Shown here in pieces: positions 9,771 to 22,820 of a DNA stretch of 64,000 bases. Positions within the stretch are counted from its first letter, which is position 1; every line of letters begins with the position of its first letter. The DNA is from Vicugna vicugna. Taxonomy: Eukaryota. The notes beneath the pieces are model-generated. The model ran no database searches and had not been told where the DNA came from. It saw only the letters and a list, made by a program, of their open reading frames with translations. The position numbers were made by a program, and so were the translations under genes. The stretch is taken from assembly GCA_013265495.1 (NCBI GenBank), contig MU058221.1:2542001-2606000 (forward strand). Direction: 5' to 3'.

Positions 9771-10877
9771 GTTAGTGAATCCATCTGTACTTCTAGCCTC
9801 CCAGATATCACGTAGGGTTAAAAAGGTGCTGGCATCTACCTGGGCTTCCAAGACACAGGTCCCTCCTGTCACAGCTTAGAGGACCTCTTTAGACCATGAC
9901 AGGCCAGGTAGATGGAGAACGATGATTCCCTCTCTCCCCAATTTTTTGCTGATTACTTGGGATTTGCCTTTTCTAGAGCTCGAGGTGAAGAATAAGTCAG
10001 GTTATTCTCAGCTAACATTAGAAGCATTCTACTTTTCATAATGTTTAAGGACCTCTTTCTTGTACTTGCTCCCTTAAAGCTTAAAGCTGCAATTAAAGAT
10101 GGCTCTCCAGTCAAAGGAAAAGCATATAAAAGTGGGGCTTGCATTAGAAGAGAAAATGGGGAATAACCTCTGAATTAACCCCTCCCCCCGCCGTTCAGGC
10201 CACTGTTTTACCCAAAGATACTCTTTTAAGCAGGCTCACCATGAGTTGTTACGGATTTACCTGCTCCAAAATTTCAACTGTAGCTCTGAGTGACACATGA
10301 GAACCTCTCTTCAAAGTTAGAGGATTCACTTTGCTCTGGAGGAGTCAACAGAGATGCTCCCTTCATTCCTAACAGGCTGCGTGGAGCAGCGTGAGGCATT
10401 GTCAGGCGTCTGGGCTGCGAGTCATAGGCCGTGTGTGAGGGCAGCTGCCTCCAGGCTGAGCGCGTTTCCTCAGCCTTCCTCTGGATTGGAGGTGAGGGCT
10501 GCAGTCACCCTGACCTCTGACTGTCCTGGGCTGAAGTCTTTACTCAAGGTATTCACTGAGATACATTTCATGTTGTTATTACCCAACCAGTCAGCCAATC
10601 AGCAGCTCTTTACTTAAAAGCCTTCTATGTGCAAAGGTTTCGACCACCTAGGAGATGTGAGATATTTAAAAAATACGTATTTTTTAAAGTAAGATGTCAA
10701 CCCTTGGAGGTGGGGAAGACTGATATAGCTGCAAAGAGATCGCAGTTCTTTGCTTTGTTCTCCAGAATGCTTGGAATCAAATCTACATTTCTCAACATGA
10801 CCTTGAGGTCCCCAATCATCCAGATTTTGCCCACCTCCCTCACCTCATCCTTTGCCACTATCCCTCTGTTTTTAAAA

Positions 10878-11095
10878 AAATTTAAGTATAGTCAGTTACA
10901 ATGTATCAGTTTCTGGTATATAGCACAATGTCCCAGTCATGCATATATATATATTATATATATAATATACATTCTGTATTTTCATATTTTTTCATTAAAG
11001 TTTATTACAAGACATTGAATATAATCCCCTGTGCTATACAGAAGACATTTGTTTTTTATCTATTTTTATATAGAGAGGTTAACATTTGCAAATCT
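10878..11095 (-). mobile_element. L1 3' terminal fragment inserted in an L2
   Basis: aagtatagtcagttacaatg...ttattacaagacattgaatataatcccctgtgctataca. Confidence 0.85.
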
Positions 11096-11129
11096 CTACC
11101 CCTCTTGTTGATTTTATTTCCCGCCTCCC

Positions 11130-11460
11130 TTCTTCCTCTGATTTCTCCCCCAAATGCCAAAATCTGCCGTTTCAGGAAGAGCCATCTCCTTGCCACTTAG
11201 CAGGCGCTTCCTCAGAGAAGTCCTCATCAACACTCAGTTTGAAAAAGGCTTCAGATCATTTTCACACCACCTTGTTCTAATGACCTTCCAGGGCACGCAC
11301 TACGATTGGGTATTTTCCTATTTAGATATGTTTCTCCCCATCTCCCATTAGAATATAATCTTCCATGAAAATAGGTCTTAACTCTCCTGTTCCACATAAA
11401 ACAATGCAAGGCATCAAGAATTTGTTCATTAAATAGTGTCAAATGAATACATGAATGAAA
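11130..11460 (+). mobile_element. L2 3' fragment (continues 10740-10865)
   Basis: ttcctcagagaagtcctc...ctcccattagaatataatcttccatga...aaatgaatacatgaatga terminus. Confidence 0.6.
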
Positions 11461-11999
11461 AGCTGTCTATGTTCCTTGCTAAGTGAGGGATTCAAATCTT
11501 AACCACTGGTGTTTCCAGAGGAGGGAGGAGTCACTCCAGGAGGAAAGGACATCTGACTTGGATGCTGTAGGTTTGCAGGATTTAGAGCTTCGAAAAGAAG
11601 GATAGATGTGTTTCAGGTTAGGAAGAATTGGCCAGTTGCAGGACCTAATCCATTTTGGCCCCAAACCAGTATGGATGAGTCTCTGAATCTCAAGGTTCCA
11701 CTTCTGATCTTCGAGGTTTCTTGCTGTCCTAACTCTGTGGTTCTTAAAGCTGTTTTCCTTTCCTCATCAGGGAACTTGGTTCCCTGGTACTGCTGTAACA
11801 AGAACAATATTGGAGAAAGCAGGTTTAAGTAACTGACTCTTTCTCTACACTATGAAAAGGGGGAAAACATTTTTCCTTTCATTGATAAAGAAGATGGTTT
11901 TGGCTGATTAATCAACCATTAGATACTGTTTTGCTGCATTCAGCAGAAGTGATGATGAGAATTTAGACTGAATATTCATGTTACAAGTGCTACAGGAGT

Positions 12000-12220
12000 T
12001 TGGAATGCTTACAGATTCGCAGAATCTGAGAGCTAAAAGGGACCTCAGAGATCATTTAAACCCTGTCACCCATCCTCCACATCATTTATAATTTTACAGC
12101 TTAAAATATCGAGGTCCAGAGTAATGAAGTGACTGGCTTACAAATCCACTGGTAGCTGGTGGGTAAACTGAGATTATCCACCTGTCCCTCCTGACTCCCA
12201 GTCCAGTGCTCTTTCTAGTG
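12000..12220 (-). mobile_element. MIR fragment
   Basis: agaatctgagagctaaaagggacctcagagatcattta...attttacag...gaggtccagag...tcctgactcccagtccagtgctcttt. Confidence 0.7.
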
Positions 12221-12647
12221 AACTCAAGTGAGCTTCATGCATTTGGGCCATGTTACATAAGCAGAAAGAAAATCTGGAAGCAATGACTAGGCATACTTAT
12301 AGAAGAAACCCCATCATCAATTTTATTTTCCAAGTCGCAGTGGTAAAAGTGAGAAATACATGATGAAGGAACAAGCTGGCATTTGAGAGTATAAAGCGAT
12401 ATTCATCATCCCTTTTAAGAGCATGCAGGGTGCAAGGGAGGGGAAGAGTTTGCTATTGTTCGACTTCCCCCATATATTTCCTACATTATTCAGAAACTCC
12501 CAGGCTGAAATAATCACACCCCCTTCCCAATTTTTTTTTTATCCTTTAACTGGCAGTACGTGGTACTTGGAGATTTACTGTTTTGACTAATGAGCTTAGC
12601 TTTGCTCTTGCAAATAGTTGAGTGTCAAATGTCATTCTTCCCATCCT

Positions 12648-12660
12648 CCAGCAGATGGCA
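12648..12660 (+). promoter_or_regulatory. CTCF consensus motif CCAGCAGATGGCA
   Basis: Exact match to the CTCF core CCASYAGRKGGCR in unique sequence. Confidence 0.6.
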
Positions 12661-14966
12661 ACTCTAGTCTTCACGTCATTTTATCTGCTTCTACTCTCAG
12701 ATTTTGTCCTCCTCCACCCCCACTCCCCTGCCCCCTCTTGCCTCTCCTTCAGTTCATCTTTGAGCACTGCTGCAGGTTTTAGGGACACGTGACTCCATTC
12801 CTTTTCCTTTAGAATCACCACCTTTAGCATCTGACACTAATGGCCAATCTAAATGTGCCCAGAAATAGCAAAAAAAAAATCACAAATTAGTCAACAGTTC
12901 TAATTTTTTTTCTAAATGGGAAAAAAAGAGAAGATAAAGTCAGAGATTCTAAAATAAGATATACCAGAGAAAACTTTCCATTTAAGGAAACAAAGTAGCT
13001 TCTTAAAAAGAAAGGAAAAAAACGTCAACTTCTTCGGGTCTAGCTTTTGAAGGATAGTTTTGATTAAATTCTCCTTAGTGATTGGTTAAAAAGTTATAAA
13101 TATCTCCCAGATAACACCCTACAGTGAAACTGTATCAAATTTCTCATGACTGTGTTTTTTTAGTCTCCAACAGTCTTGTCGCTTCCATTTTTCCCTCCCA
13201 TTTACACACACCCTTTCATTCAGTAATCAAAACTGCTGAATCCAGCTTCCATAACTCCTTCCGTTTTAGAAGTCCGGTTTCTCTCAATTCCTAAGCATTG
13301 CTGATAAAGACCTTCATTTATCTCCTTCTGTCTTTGCCCCCAACCCCCACCCCTCCCACGACTGCGGGTACTCTGATGACTCTTGTAGGTTTGCAGAAGT
13401 TAAAACACACGCCCGTGCTCTGCTTGTAAGCCTGAGGCCAGCGGTAAGAAATCAACAGACGGACAGCTTTTCTTTTTTTTTTTTTTAAGGTAGAAATTAA
13501 TGATCAAAGGCCTGATCAAATGGGTTCTATCACCAATTCCTCATTAGAAAGTTGTCTACAAGTTTCCAAACCAGGCTTCGCACCTAGATGTGCTGCTGGA
13601 ATTGAGAATGCCTGAGCTGGGAAAGAGGCAGGACACAGGAAGGAAGTCAGGAAGTCGTTTGTAAAATGGATATTGTGGGCTACAGATGCTTCATGGCGAG
13701 ATTTCTTGCCTAGCTCATCCTCTTCCAAAGAACCTAGCCATTTTGTATTCAAAGTTGAAGGAAAACTGTTGCCTGGATATACCAAAAACCAGGCAGAAGC
13801 TCAAATCTCACGGAAGGAAATAATAGCAGTAACATACCTCTTGCTGGAAAAAAAAAAGGCATTTTTAGCTTCAATGAATATGTGTTCCTTGATGATTACT
13901 GTCATCACCTGAGAATATGGGCTGACGTTGCAAGTACAGTCCTTGGACAAAACAAGGGTTACTTGTGGAAACCCAAGTCTGTTATCATTCACGGACAGCC
14001 TCTGACGAAGACAGGGGAGCTTACTTCAAACCAACAAATAATTAGCACTGACAGTAGACGCCTAAACAGTCTTAATTAATTAATGCCCTAATTGTCCTGC
14101 TGTATTATCTGCACCCGGGGTTGGACTTCCGCTGTAACACATGCCCAAGACTTGTTTCTCTCAACTTTGTGATCATCACGTGCCCGTGTGCTCTGCGTGG
14201 GCAGCCGTCTGGGCTGGCCGTCTCCCTCCCTTTCACACACGCAGACGGCTTCAGCCTTTGTCCCTCCCTCTGTTTCCTCACAGTTCTGACGCCGGGGAAT
14301 GTTTCCTTGTTGGTATGGGGTGCTTGTCTGGCACCCACTGTCAGATGCCTTTCAGCGTTAATATGATGGGAAATGATCAGCGCGTGATTCTGGTGTAATG
14401 AGGAGAGCTCGCTGCACTCTCCGTTTTGCTTTTTGTGACCAAAAACCTCTTAGCTGTCCCTGTGCCCTGGCTCACCCATACCCCAGTCCCAGGAATCGGA
14501 ACAGCAGATGGATTGCTTTTTTGGTTTTTTGGTCGCTGTCCACATTCCTCCGGGAAGGATGATCAGTTCCTCATTAGAGTTCCAATGACGATTCTGTCTT
14601 TTTTCTCTTCTGAATGAAGAAGCAACGATGGCAGCTTCCATGTGGTGAATTCAAGTTGTGTGAAGTTAAAGGAAGGTGCATGTTTGTGTGTTGCAGAGAC
14701 ATGCCAGTCTATGGAGGGAGGGCCGGACGGGGGGGCCAGACTGAAAGACCCAGGAAGCAGGAGGAACAGAGCAGAGGGAAATGGGTTGGAAGCAGTCAAC
14801 TGGAGAAGCACTTCTCCCAGAGAATCAGCCCTCGTGGCTGGGCTGGAAGGTGGGTCAGCTTTGATTCTGCTACCAAGAGTTTAGACTCTTTCCCAAGCAA
14901 CTTCGCTGGTCCGGGCAGCCCTGGTTCACAAGAGCAGATTATAGTCAGAATTTAAATCAGATCCTG

Positions 14967-15095
14967 GGGGAGCATATAGTTCAGTGGTAGAGTGCGTGCT
15001 TAGCATACGCAAGGTCCTGCATTCAATCCCTTGTAACTCCCTTAAAAAATAAATAAATAAACCTAATTATCCCCCCCAAAACAATTTAAAAAAAG
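14967..15095 (+). mobile_element. tRNA-Ala-derived SINE (Vic-1 type)
   Basis: tRNA-like head plus aaataaacctaatta tail; perfect 13-bp TSD AAATCAGATCCTG (14954-14966 / 15096-15108). Confidence 0.93.
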
Positions 15096-15361
15096 AAATC
15101 AGATCCTGCTTAGGAATCCTGCCTCTAAGAATGGCTAGAAGGAGCTATCCCCTGACTGTGTGCATGTACATGTGCGTGTGTGCCTGTATTTAATGTGTAT
15201 GCTAATGCGTATATGCATACATGCCTTAATATTCCTTCTGAATCCCTTGCATATCAGAGTTCTTATAAATGTTTGTGGAAAGTTGCGGAGAATCACATAA
15301 AGACCATTTGTCAATACAGTGTGAACCAGGTACCTGCTGACTTCCTTTTACCCTTTATTTC

Positions 15362-15516
15362 ATAGGTGTTTGCTGGGTCATATGGGTTTATTTGATAGGT
15401 GTTTGTTGGGTCTTACGGGTTTATTTGATAGGTGTTTGTTGGGTCATATGGGTTTATTTGATAGGTGTTTGCTGGGTCATATGGGTTTATTTGATAGGTG
15501 TTTGCTGGGTCATATG
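15362..15516. repeat. 33-bp minisatellite, ~4.7 copies
   Basis: Unit ATAGGTGTTTGCTGGGTCATATGGGTTTATTTG with few substitutions. Confidence 0.97.
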
Positions 15517-16008
15517 TGTCCAATCCTTGGAGGATATGCACCAAGAAGAAGTTCCTGCTTTGGTGAAGTAATGTTTCCTTTGAGGAAACAAGATATATAC
15601 ATTATAAACAATGAGAGAAATCTTCATATGCAGCAAATAGAAGGAACAGAAATCTTCACATAGAAGCAAATGAAAAGGTGCGATAGAGATTGAGAAGAGA
15701 TGGAGAATCGTCCCATTGCACTAGGATTCTCTCTCCCTCTCTCATTTAATGAATGGGGAAGGTGTAGAGATTATTTCAGGATTAAAGAATGTGTAGAAAT
15801 TAGATTGGCAGAGACAAGCCAAAAGAGCAAGGATGGGGGAATGAAAAAGTCATCATATGGTCACAGAGAATGTTAGGGACAAATGGGACTGAAATGGAAG
15901 GGCTGTGTCAGGGCAGTGGGTGGTAAGGAGGAAAAAGTTAGAACAGGCTGCCTTTCCAGGCACACATTTACTTCCTCTAATTAGACAGATTCTCTAGAGA
16001 CACGCTTT

Positions 16009-16102
16009 AAAAAAATAAATTAATTAATGGTGGTACTGGGGCTTGAACTCAAGCTGTCATGCTGAGCATGCTCTGTCTCCCTGAGCTACGCCCCAGCTTC
16101 CC
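16009..16102 (-). mobile_element. tRNA-derived SINE (Vic-1 type), degenerate
   Basis: ggtactggggcttgaactc...ctgagcta; TSD CTAGAGACAYGCTTT (15994-16008 / 16103-16117). Confidence 0.88.
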
Positions 16103-19089
16103 CTAGAGACATGCTTTTATTTTTTATTTGACTTTACCCACCTAGACACAGATTATACCCTGGAAACCCCAGAGAAACCTTCCAATCTGCATGTTAAAGC
16201 TGAGGATTGCTTAGCAAGGCCGGCTCCCTGGGTCTGGCTCTTTATAAAGGCCCCCTTGCATTTTCGAGGTCTCCCGTCTCCCTCTCTGCCATGTTCTACC
16301 CTGTCACCCTTTCTTGACCTCCCTGGACCTGGCGCCTCCTGCCAGATCCACAGCAGCTGGCAGATCTCTTCAGTTTGGTTGGATTTTTTCGTTAAAATCT
16401 CTTCTTGTGGTCTTTCCACCACTGGCCTTGTATCAGCAATTTATTCTGATTTTGTTGTGGAAGAATCTCGTGCCAAGCAAGGTGCCAAAAGCATTACATA
16501 GCCCAGCTCTCTTAACCTTTATAACAGTCCTTGAAAGTAGGTCCATTTAATGCCTAGTTAAAGAGCGTCTTTCACATGATGTGGCATGTGGGGACGTGAC
16601 AATAATGACATGGACCCGGCTCCACAGATGATGCATGTTTAGCTGAAAACATTCTATTCCTGGCAGAGATTGAGTCCTGAGGAGGGAATAAAATTTGTCC
16701 AGGATTTGAAATTTGAATCTAGATTGTCTGATCCCAGAATTATCACTATTATTTTTAAAATTCCCCCACTGTATCTGCCTGCTCCCTTTTCAATTTTTTT
16801 CTAAATCAAAATTAATTTAAAACCAACTATTCTCAGCAAATTGTTCATTTGAAGGCGAGCTGACAATCAGACCATTTAAGCCCGAGTAATTCTTCGGTGA
16901 CAAATTATGGCATAAAACCAGGAAGTCTTTTTCGGACGTCGCGGTCTGCCCTGCAGGGAGAGCTCAGCCCCTCAGAAGCTGCCTCCCAGGGCTTCTGCAG
17001 GGCCCGGGGGCCATTGCCACCAAGTGGCATGTTGCTCATTACTGCGCTGAGTACGTAGCAACGACTCCACCAGTGTCTTTATTAAAACTTGCTCGAGGCC
17101 AGCATTTTCCCCCGGGTCAGTAATGCGTTTAGAGGAGTGGATGTGGAAATGAGATTTGTTCTCACCAGTGGAGTGAATTATGTCCTGTTGGGGCCCCCAG
17201 GCTAATATTTCGAATTTGCCACAAGCTACTTCATCAAAAATTCTATTTTGGTTCCAAAAGGACCATGCATGCCTATTAGCAAATTCAGAGCGTGCCTTTA
17301 AAACCTTTTTTTTTTTTCCCTCCTTCCCCTGGCTCTGTCTGCTGAAGACGTTCAGAATTAGCAGTTGGAGAAAATGGGCCATTTCCAGAGGCCAGTGAAA
17401 GGTGCATGGGAGAAATGCAGCCGTTTTATCCAACAAATCTGAGCCTGTGACAGCTGAGGTAAATCAAATGCATGACAGCCACAAGTGCGTCAACACATTA
17501 GGCGTGTATCCTCAATCTGCATCCTTTGGGACCACGCCAGACACAGTCGTGGGGCAGGATTCGTCTTTGCTGCCTTTAAATCCAGTGCCTCAGTTTGGTT
17601 GTCAGGGCTCCTTTTAGTGCCATTGAGACCTGTGGATTGAAATGCTCTCCAGCTGGACCTGCAGCATTCCAAAGAAGCCAGCTGCAGGGGTGGGTCTGTT
17701 AGGAAATAGGGCTGCACATCGAGCATTCGTTCTCCCATAGGAGAGACCCCCAGAAGCCCTAGGTTGTTGGTTAGCAGACCGAAGCTCCTGGTCATCTTCA
17801 CAGGTCTTCTGTTTGGTGGGAAAGAGGGTGACGGGACCTTTCAAGATGCCCACTAGGCCCCTACCCCTCCTGCCCCCCCCCCACCATTTCTTTTGTCTCC
17901 CAGATAAAGCCTCGTATTCCAGAACAATGGTGACCATTTTTTGGTGTCAAAGACTAGAAGATCAGGGACATCCCTACCTTATGACAGGCTGAACATGGAC
18001 TGGCTTGAAAGGAGAGCCACTGTCCCCATCTTTCTTCCTAGTCCTCGTTCTATTCACAGCATCGAGAGCTGCTGTCCTCCAAAATCTTTGCATAAGTGTC
18101 ATGAGTTACACCTAGCCTCGATCTGGGGGGGAAAAATGGTTTCACGGATTCTCCTCCAATTCTTCTGCTTGCTGAGTCAAATTTTCTATCATTTTTTAAG
18201 CTGCGCGTATGCTTAATTTGAGGTGCTGCTCCCAGACAGAGATACACCAGGCAGGAGGAAGGCGGCTGCTGGACGTGAGCTCAATCCGCAGAAGCACATT
18301 TGGTGAGATGCATTTTAGAGAGGATTTCCTGCCTTGGTCGAATTGCTCTGTAATGAAACAAGCAGGGATGGTTGTCACTCTCCTTCTCGCATGCATGTCT
18401 TAGTTTAGTTTTAGAAATGATCACACATATAGAACAGTATTTGTCTTTAAACGAAGAAACAAACAAATTGTATTTCTGGCCAGTGTAGCGTTTCAGATGC
18501 CGCTGGACAGGCGTTAATATATTAAATTCCGTGCACGCTGTTAGCGCTTTAATCCGGCTCCTACCACCCATGAAGCTGGCAGTGTGGATCTCTGAGTTGT
18601 CTGTTTTTACTGGCTGATAATTGTTAATAGATTTCCAGGTGTAGGTCATGCTGTGTAGGCATCAATCCTTCATTTAGGAAGGGCCAAGGCTGTCCATGGT
18701 TATGAAAAGGCAAGGGAGAAACAAAACCTGGAGACATCTCTGTGTCCTCACTAAAAACGTCAAACCCGGTGATGCTCCTGGTAGTAAAAGTGAAATTTAT
18801 TAGTCAGAGAACAAACTCGCACAATAAAAAGGAAGAGTTAAGTGGGGAAAGCAAAGAGAGACAGAAAGCCCCAAAGAAGGTTGAAGAAAAGGAAACCGTT
18901 TAAGAAATCAGAGCCATTTTTAAAAGACGGGCTAGAGATTAGGCACCGTAGGTCTGTGAATGTGTCCCTTGTTCTAGCGATGCGGAGGAAGGGGAAGCGT
19001 TCGGAGTGAACGTGCTCATCATTCTCCGTGAGAACGCGTCTGATGTGAGGCTGTGCTGTCCCCCATGTGAGGGACACGGAGCTGCCGGC

Positions 19090-19420
19090 CCAGGGTCGGG
19101 CACATGTCAGCCCAGAGCCACGCTCAGACTCTGCCTGTTTCTATAGGACCTGCAAGCCAAGAATGGTTTTACACTTTTCCATGGATGGAAAAAATCGAAA
19201 GAAGAATAATATTTGGTGGCATGAAAATTACATGAAATTCAAATTTCAGTAGCCATAAATTAAGTCTCCTTGGAACACAGCCACGCCCATGTGTTTACAC
19301 ATTGTCTGGGCAACGCGTTGAAACTGCAGAAAAGGCAAGTTGCAGCAGACGCTGTGTGACCCGCAGAGCGTGAAGTGTTTGCTGTTGGCCCCTGGCAGAA
19401 GTGGTCTGCGGGCCCTTGGA
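19090..19420. mobile_element. MER58B-like hAT-Charlie element
   Basis: aagaatggttttacac...gaagaataatattt...atgaaaattacatgaaattcaaatttcagt...ggaacacagccacgcccat. Confidence 0.85.
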
Positions 19421-20920
19421 TCGGGGTACTCGGTCAGGAATTGCCGGGGAGTCCGTTTATACCGCGTTTTCGCCGGTCTCACTCTCCTGTGTCCGGTCTT
19501 TGGCTGCCTGCCTGTTTGTCCAGCTGCTTCCAAGACTTTGCAGTCTGGTCTCTGCTCGTGTGGATTTACGGTCCGGCTGGGGTGTGTCAGGGGAAGAGCA
19601 AGGTGAAACCTGCGCATAAGTAAGACACCTGCATGATGAAACGAATGGTAGGGGTTGATAACGTATTATGTGAGTATTTCAGGAATGATGACATGAAATT
19701 CTGAATCTCCTTCTGATTCCCTGTCCCGAAATGGCACCGTCGTCCAGCCAGCGGATCCTACCAGGAAGCTGGCCGTCGTCTCCTTCTGCTCTGCCGACAG
19801 CGCTCGAATTGCGGGGCAGCCGGCGGAGTCTTCCTCGCAGGTACACCCGGAGTCCGTTCTGCCCACGTGGCCGGTCGTGGCAGCCTTGAGTCTCCCACGC
19901 CCTTGACCTTTCAGCCATCAGGCTGAATTCTATGCATGATTCCTCCTAAACGTCTCTTGAACTATCCACGTAGCTCCGTTTCTGAGGCTTCCGCCCTCAT
20001 CCAGGCCACGGTCACCTCTGGCCTGGGTCACAGTCAGTGCTCCGCTGAGTGGGCCCTTCACGTCCACCCTTGGGTTTGCTCTGTTTAACATTTACACGTG
20101 ATCACGCCTTTCCTCTCTCTATGACTCTCTCCCCTGTTTCCATATTTCTTTTTTTTAAATTATTTTAAAAAATTTTATTGAAGTGTAGCTGATCCACAAG
20201 GCCAGCTTCAGGTGCATCATTTTTTAAAGTATTGAAATATGGTAATATTACAGTATTAGTGTCAGGTGTACACATATTTCTTAGGATGACATCCTCAATT
20301 TTTGGTATCTCCCTCGAGACCCTGACATCTCGGCTGCCTCATCCCTTGGGTCCCTCTGTTCCAGCCACAGGGACATCTTACAGTTTCTCTGGGGTGAATA
20401 CATAGGTCATTTCCCAAACCAAGGCACCTGTGACAGTGAGAGCTGTCATGATGAATAATTAGGCCGGGCCAATAGTCTATCACCAGGACAGTCCCTGGCA
20501 AACCAGGACATACGGTCGCCCCAGCTCTCTCAGACCTGCCACGTTGTTTCCCACCGCGGAGCCTTTGAGTGTGATTTTTCTCTCCTGGAATTCCCTCCTA
20601 ATCCTCATTCCTTAAATGTCAGCTCACAGACCCATCTCTTCTGAGGACCCTTCCCTGGCTGCACGGGCCAAGCGGGGTCCCCGCTCGGAGCAGGTCTGCA
20701 GCCCTTATAACTGCATTATGACTTTCGTGGTCATGTATGCGTCAGACTAAGGGGACGCGCTGTCTAGCTCGGCTTAGGGCAGGAGGGCCTTCCCAGCACA
20801 CGGGGGAGCTTTAACTGCGCTGTGAGCTGAGGACAAAGAGCGTTGCAGGAGGGGAGAAAACGCCCCCGGTGGCTCTGGTCTTTCCACTGTTAAGTGTCGT
20901 CTGGGAAGGGTTTGGAGGGC

Positions 20921-21272
20921 ATCGCTGGCCCTGAATGTGTACCCCCCAAGTCCCTCCGTTGCCTCCTAACGCCCCCTGTGAAGGTGGTGGGTGGCAGGGC
21001 GGTGGGGGTGATTAGGTCATGAGGGTGCAGCCCTCAAGCAGGAGACCAGTGCCCTTATAGGAGAGACCCCAGAAAGCCCCCCAACCTCTCCCACAACATA
21101 AGGGCACGGGGACAGGTGGGCACCTGTGAGCCAGGAGGCCGGGCTCCTCACACGCTGACTCTGCTGGCGCCCTGATCCTGGACTTCCCGGCCTCCAGGAC
21201 CGTGAGAGCTACGTGTCTGTCATGCCTAAGCCACCCAGTCTGAGTCACTCTGTTCCTGCCGCCCAGACAGAC
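20921..21272 (+). mobile_element. MLT1A-type (ERVL-MaLR) solo LTR
   Basis: ctgaatgtgtacccccc...gattaggtcatgagggtgcagccctca...ctgctggcgccctgatcctggacttcccggcctccaggaccgtgaga...aagccacccagtct. Confidence 0.88.
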
Positions 21273-21369
21273 GCAGGGAGTCACTGACAGTGCGGTGTGA
21301 ACGGCTGCTATAGTTGGATGTGTTACCCGCTCCGGGGATAGTTGTGTTTTTAATAAGAAACAGTCTTCC

Positions 21370-21500
21370 GGGGTGAGGGGTAGAGCCCAGTGGTAGAGCA
21401 CATGCTTAGCATGCACGAGGGCCTGGGTTCAATCCCCAGTACTTCTGTTAAAAAAACTAATGATAAATAAATAAACCTAATTACCTCCCCGCAAAGAAAA
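21370..21500 (+). mobile_element. tRNA-Ala-derived SINE (Vic-1 type)
   Basis: cagtggtagagcacatgcttagcatgcacgagggcctgggttcaatccccagtac; TSD AAGAAACA..GTCTTC. Confidence 0.93.
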
Positions 21501-22184
21501 AGAAACATAGTCTTCAGTCAGATGATTAGCTCGTATGACAGGCATTTTGGCCTGGGAATGGGGGATACGGCTGAAGAGGAAGGCTCACGTCCAGATGGCC
21601 CCAAATACTCACCCCATAGGTGGCGACCTGTTCTGCCCGGATGCGGGATTCCAGGGCTGTGGGCTCTGAAAGGCCAACGAGGTGTGCGATCACATCAAAA
21701 TTGTTTGGGTGGAACGCGATGGGACAGCAGTGTAGTGATTTTTTCTCAGATTACCCAGCCCTGTCTTTACTCAGCCCCAGCTTTGGAGAGGTTATTCCCA
21801 CCCAGATCCTGGCATCCGCGCTTGGCACCAGATGAGAAGACTGCACTGGGAGAGATGAAATGATCAGAAAGGCACATTAGAGCTTTCCAACTGGGAAAAT
21901 GTTGGATAATACGATTTTCAGTGTTTCCTTTGGATTACACAGATTCAGTAAATGAGAGCCCAAGAGTCCTATGAGTTGAAGGCATCTAACCAATGGATCC
22001 GTGCTTGTTTCATAAGATAATAGATTATTAGACCCAAAAGAAGCCATAGCTAAGGTTCTCATTTTGTAGATAGGGAGACGGAAATCCTTTGAAGTTTAAA
22101 GGCTTGACCGCAATTTATAGCCACACTGGGACCTGGACCCCAGTCTCCCAGCTCCAAGCCCTGTGCCTTCCTGCTCTCACATCT

Positions 22185-22490
22185 GTGTTTTATTATGGAA
22201 ACATTTTGACGTACAGAAAAGTTGAAGAAACGGTACATTGAGCACCGTAGATCCAAGTTTACAATGACCACTTTGCTCTGTTTGCTCAATCACGTATCTG
22301 CTCATCCTGTTTTTGAAGCATTTCAAAATCAGTTGCAGATGTCCGTAGACTTCACCCTTGAATACCTCAGCATGCAAGTCATTATCTAGAGTTTGATATT
22401 TGTTTACCATTTTTTTGTGTAAAATGTATCCCCAGTGAAATGAACATGAGTTTTAACATTTGCACACCCCTGTGTATCCCAAACCCCCAC
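22185..22490 (-). mobile_element. Old L1M 3' fragment
   Basis: ttttattatggaaacattttgacgtacagaaaagttgaagaa...gaagcatttcaaaatcagttgcagat. Confidence 0.7.
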
Positions 22491-22647
22491 GTGCTTTGCT
22501 TTTTCCATTTCAAAGATTTGAAAACATGTAGCATTTTGCATAAAGAATCATTTTAAAATAATTTGTTCCAGAAGATGTGCTTGCTTATTTAGAAAACATT
22601 TTTACAGGAAACGGATTTGTGTCTCATCACGTCATCAGGCCGTAGGG

Positions 22648-22820
22648 TTTTGTTTTGGTTTGTTTTTTAATTGAAGTGTAGTTGATTTACAGTGTTATTT
22701 TCAGGTGTATAACAAAGCACAGGGAATTATATTCAGTTCCTTATAATAAGCTGTAATGGGAAAGAATCTGAAACTATATGTGTGTAGAAATACATGTGTG
22801 TATATGGATAAGTGAATCAC
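22648..22820. mobile_element. Short L1 3' end with internal inversion (twin-priming structure)
   Basis: 22648-22716 is the antisense tail end, 22717-22820 is the adjoining upstream part in sense; flanked by AGGCCGTA / AGGCTGTA. Confidence 0.8.

Noticed and set aside
15362..15516. Regularly spaced ~33-bp repeats resembling a CRISPR array
   Set aside because: Units are contiguous with no unique spacers and the DNA is mammalian.
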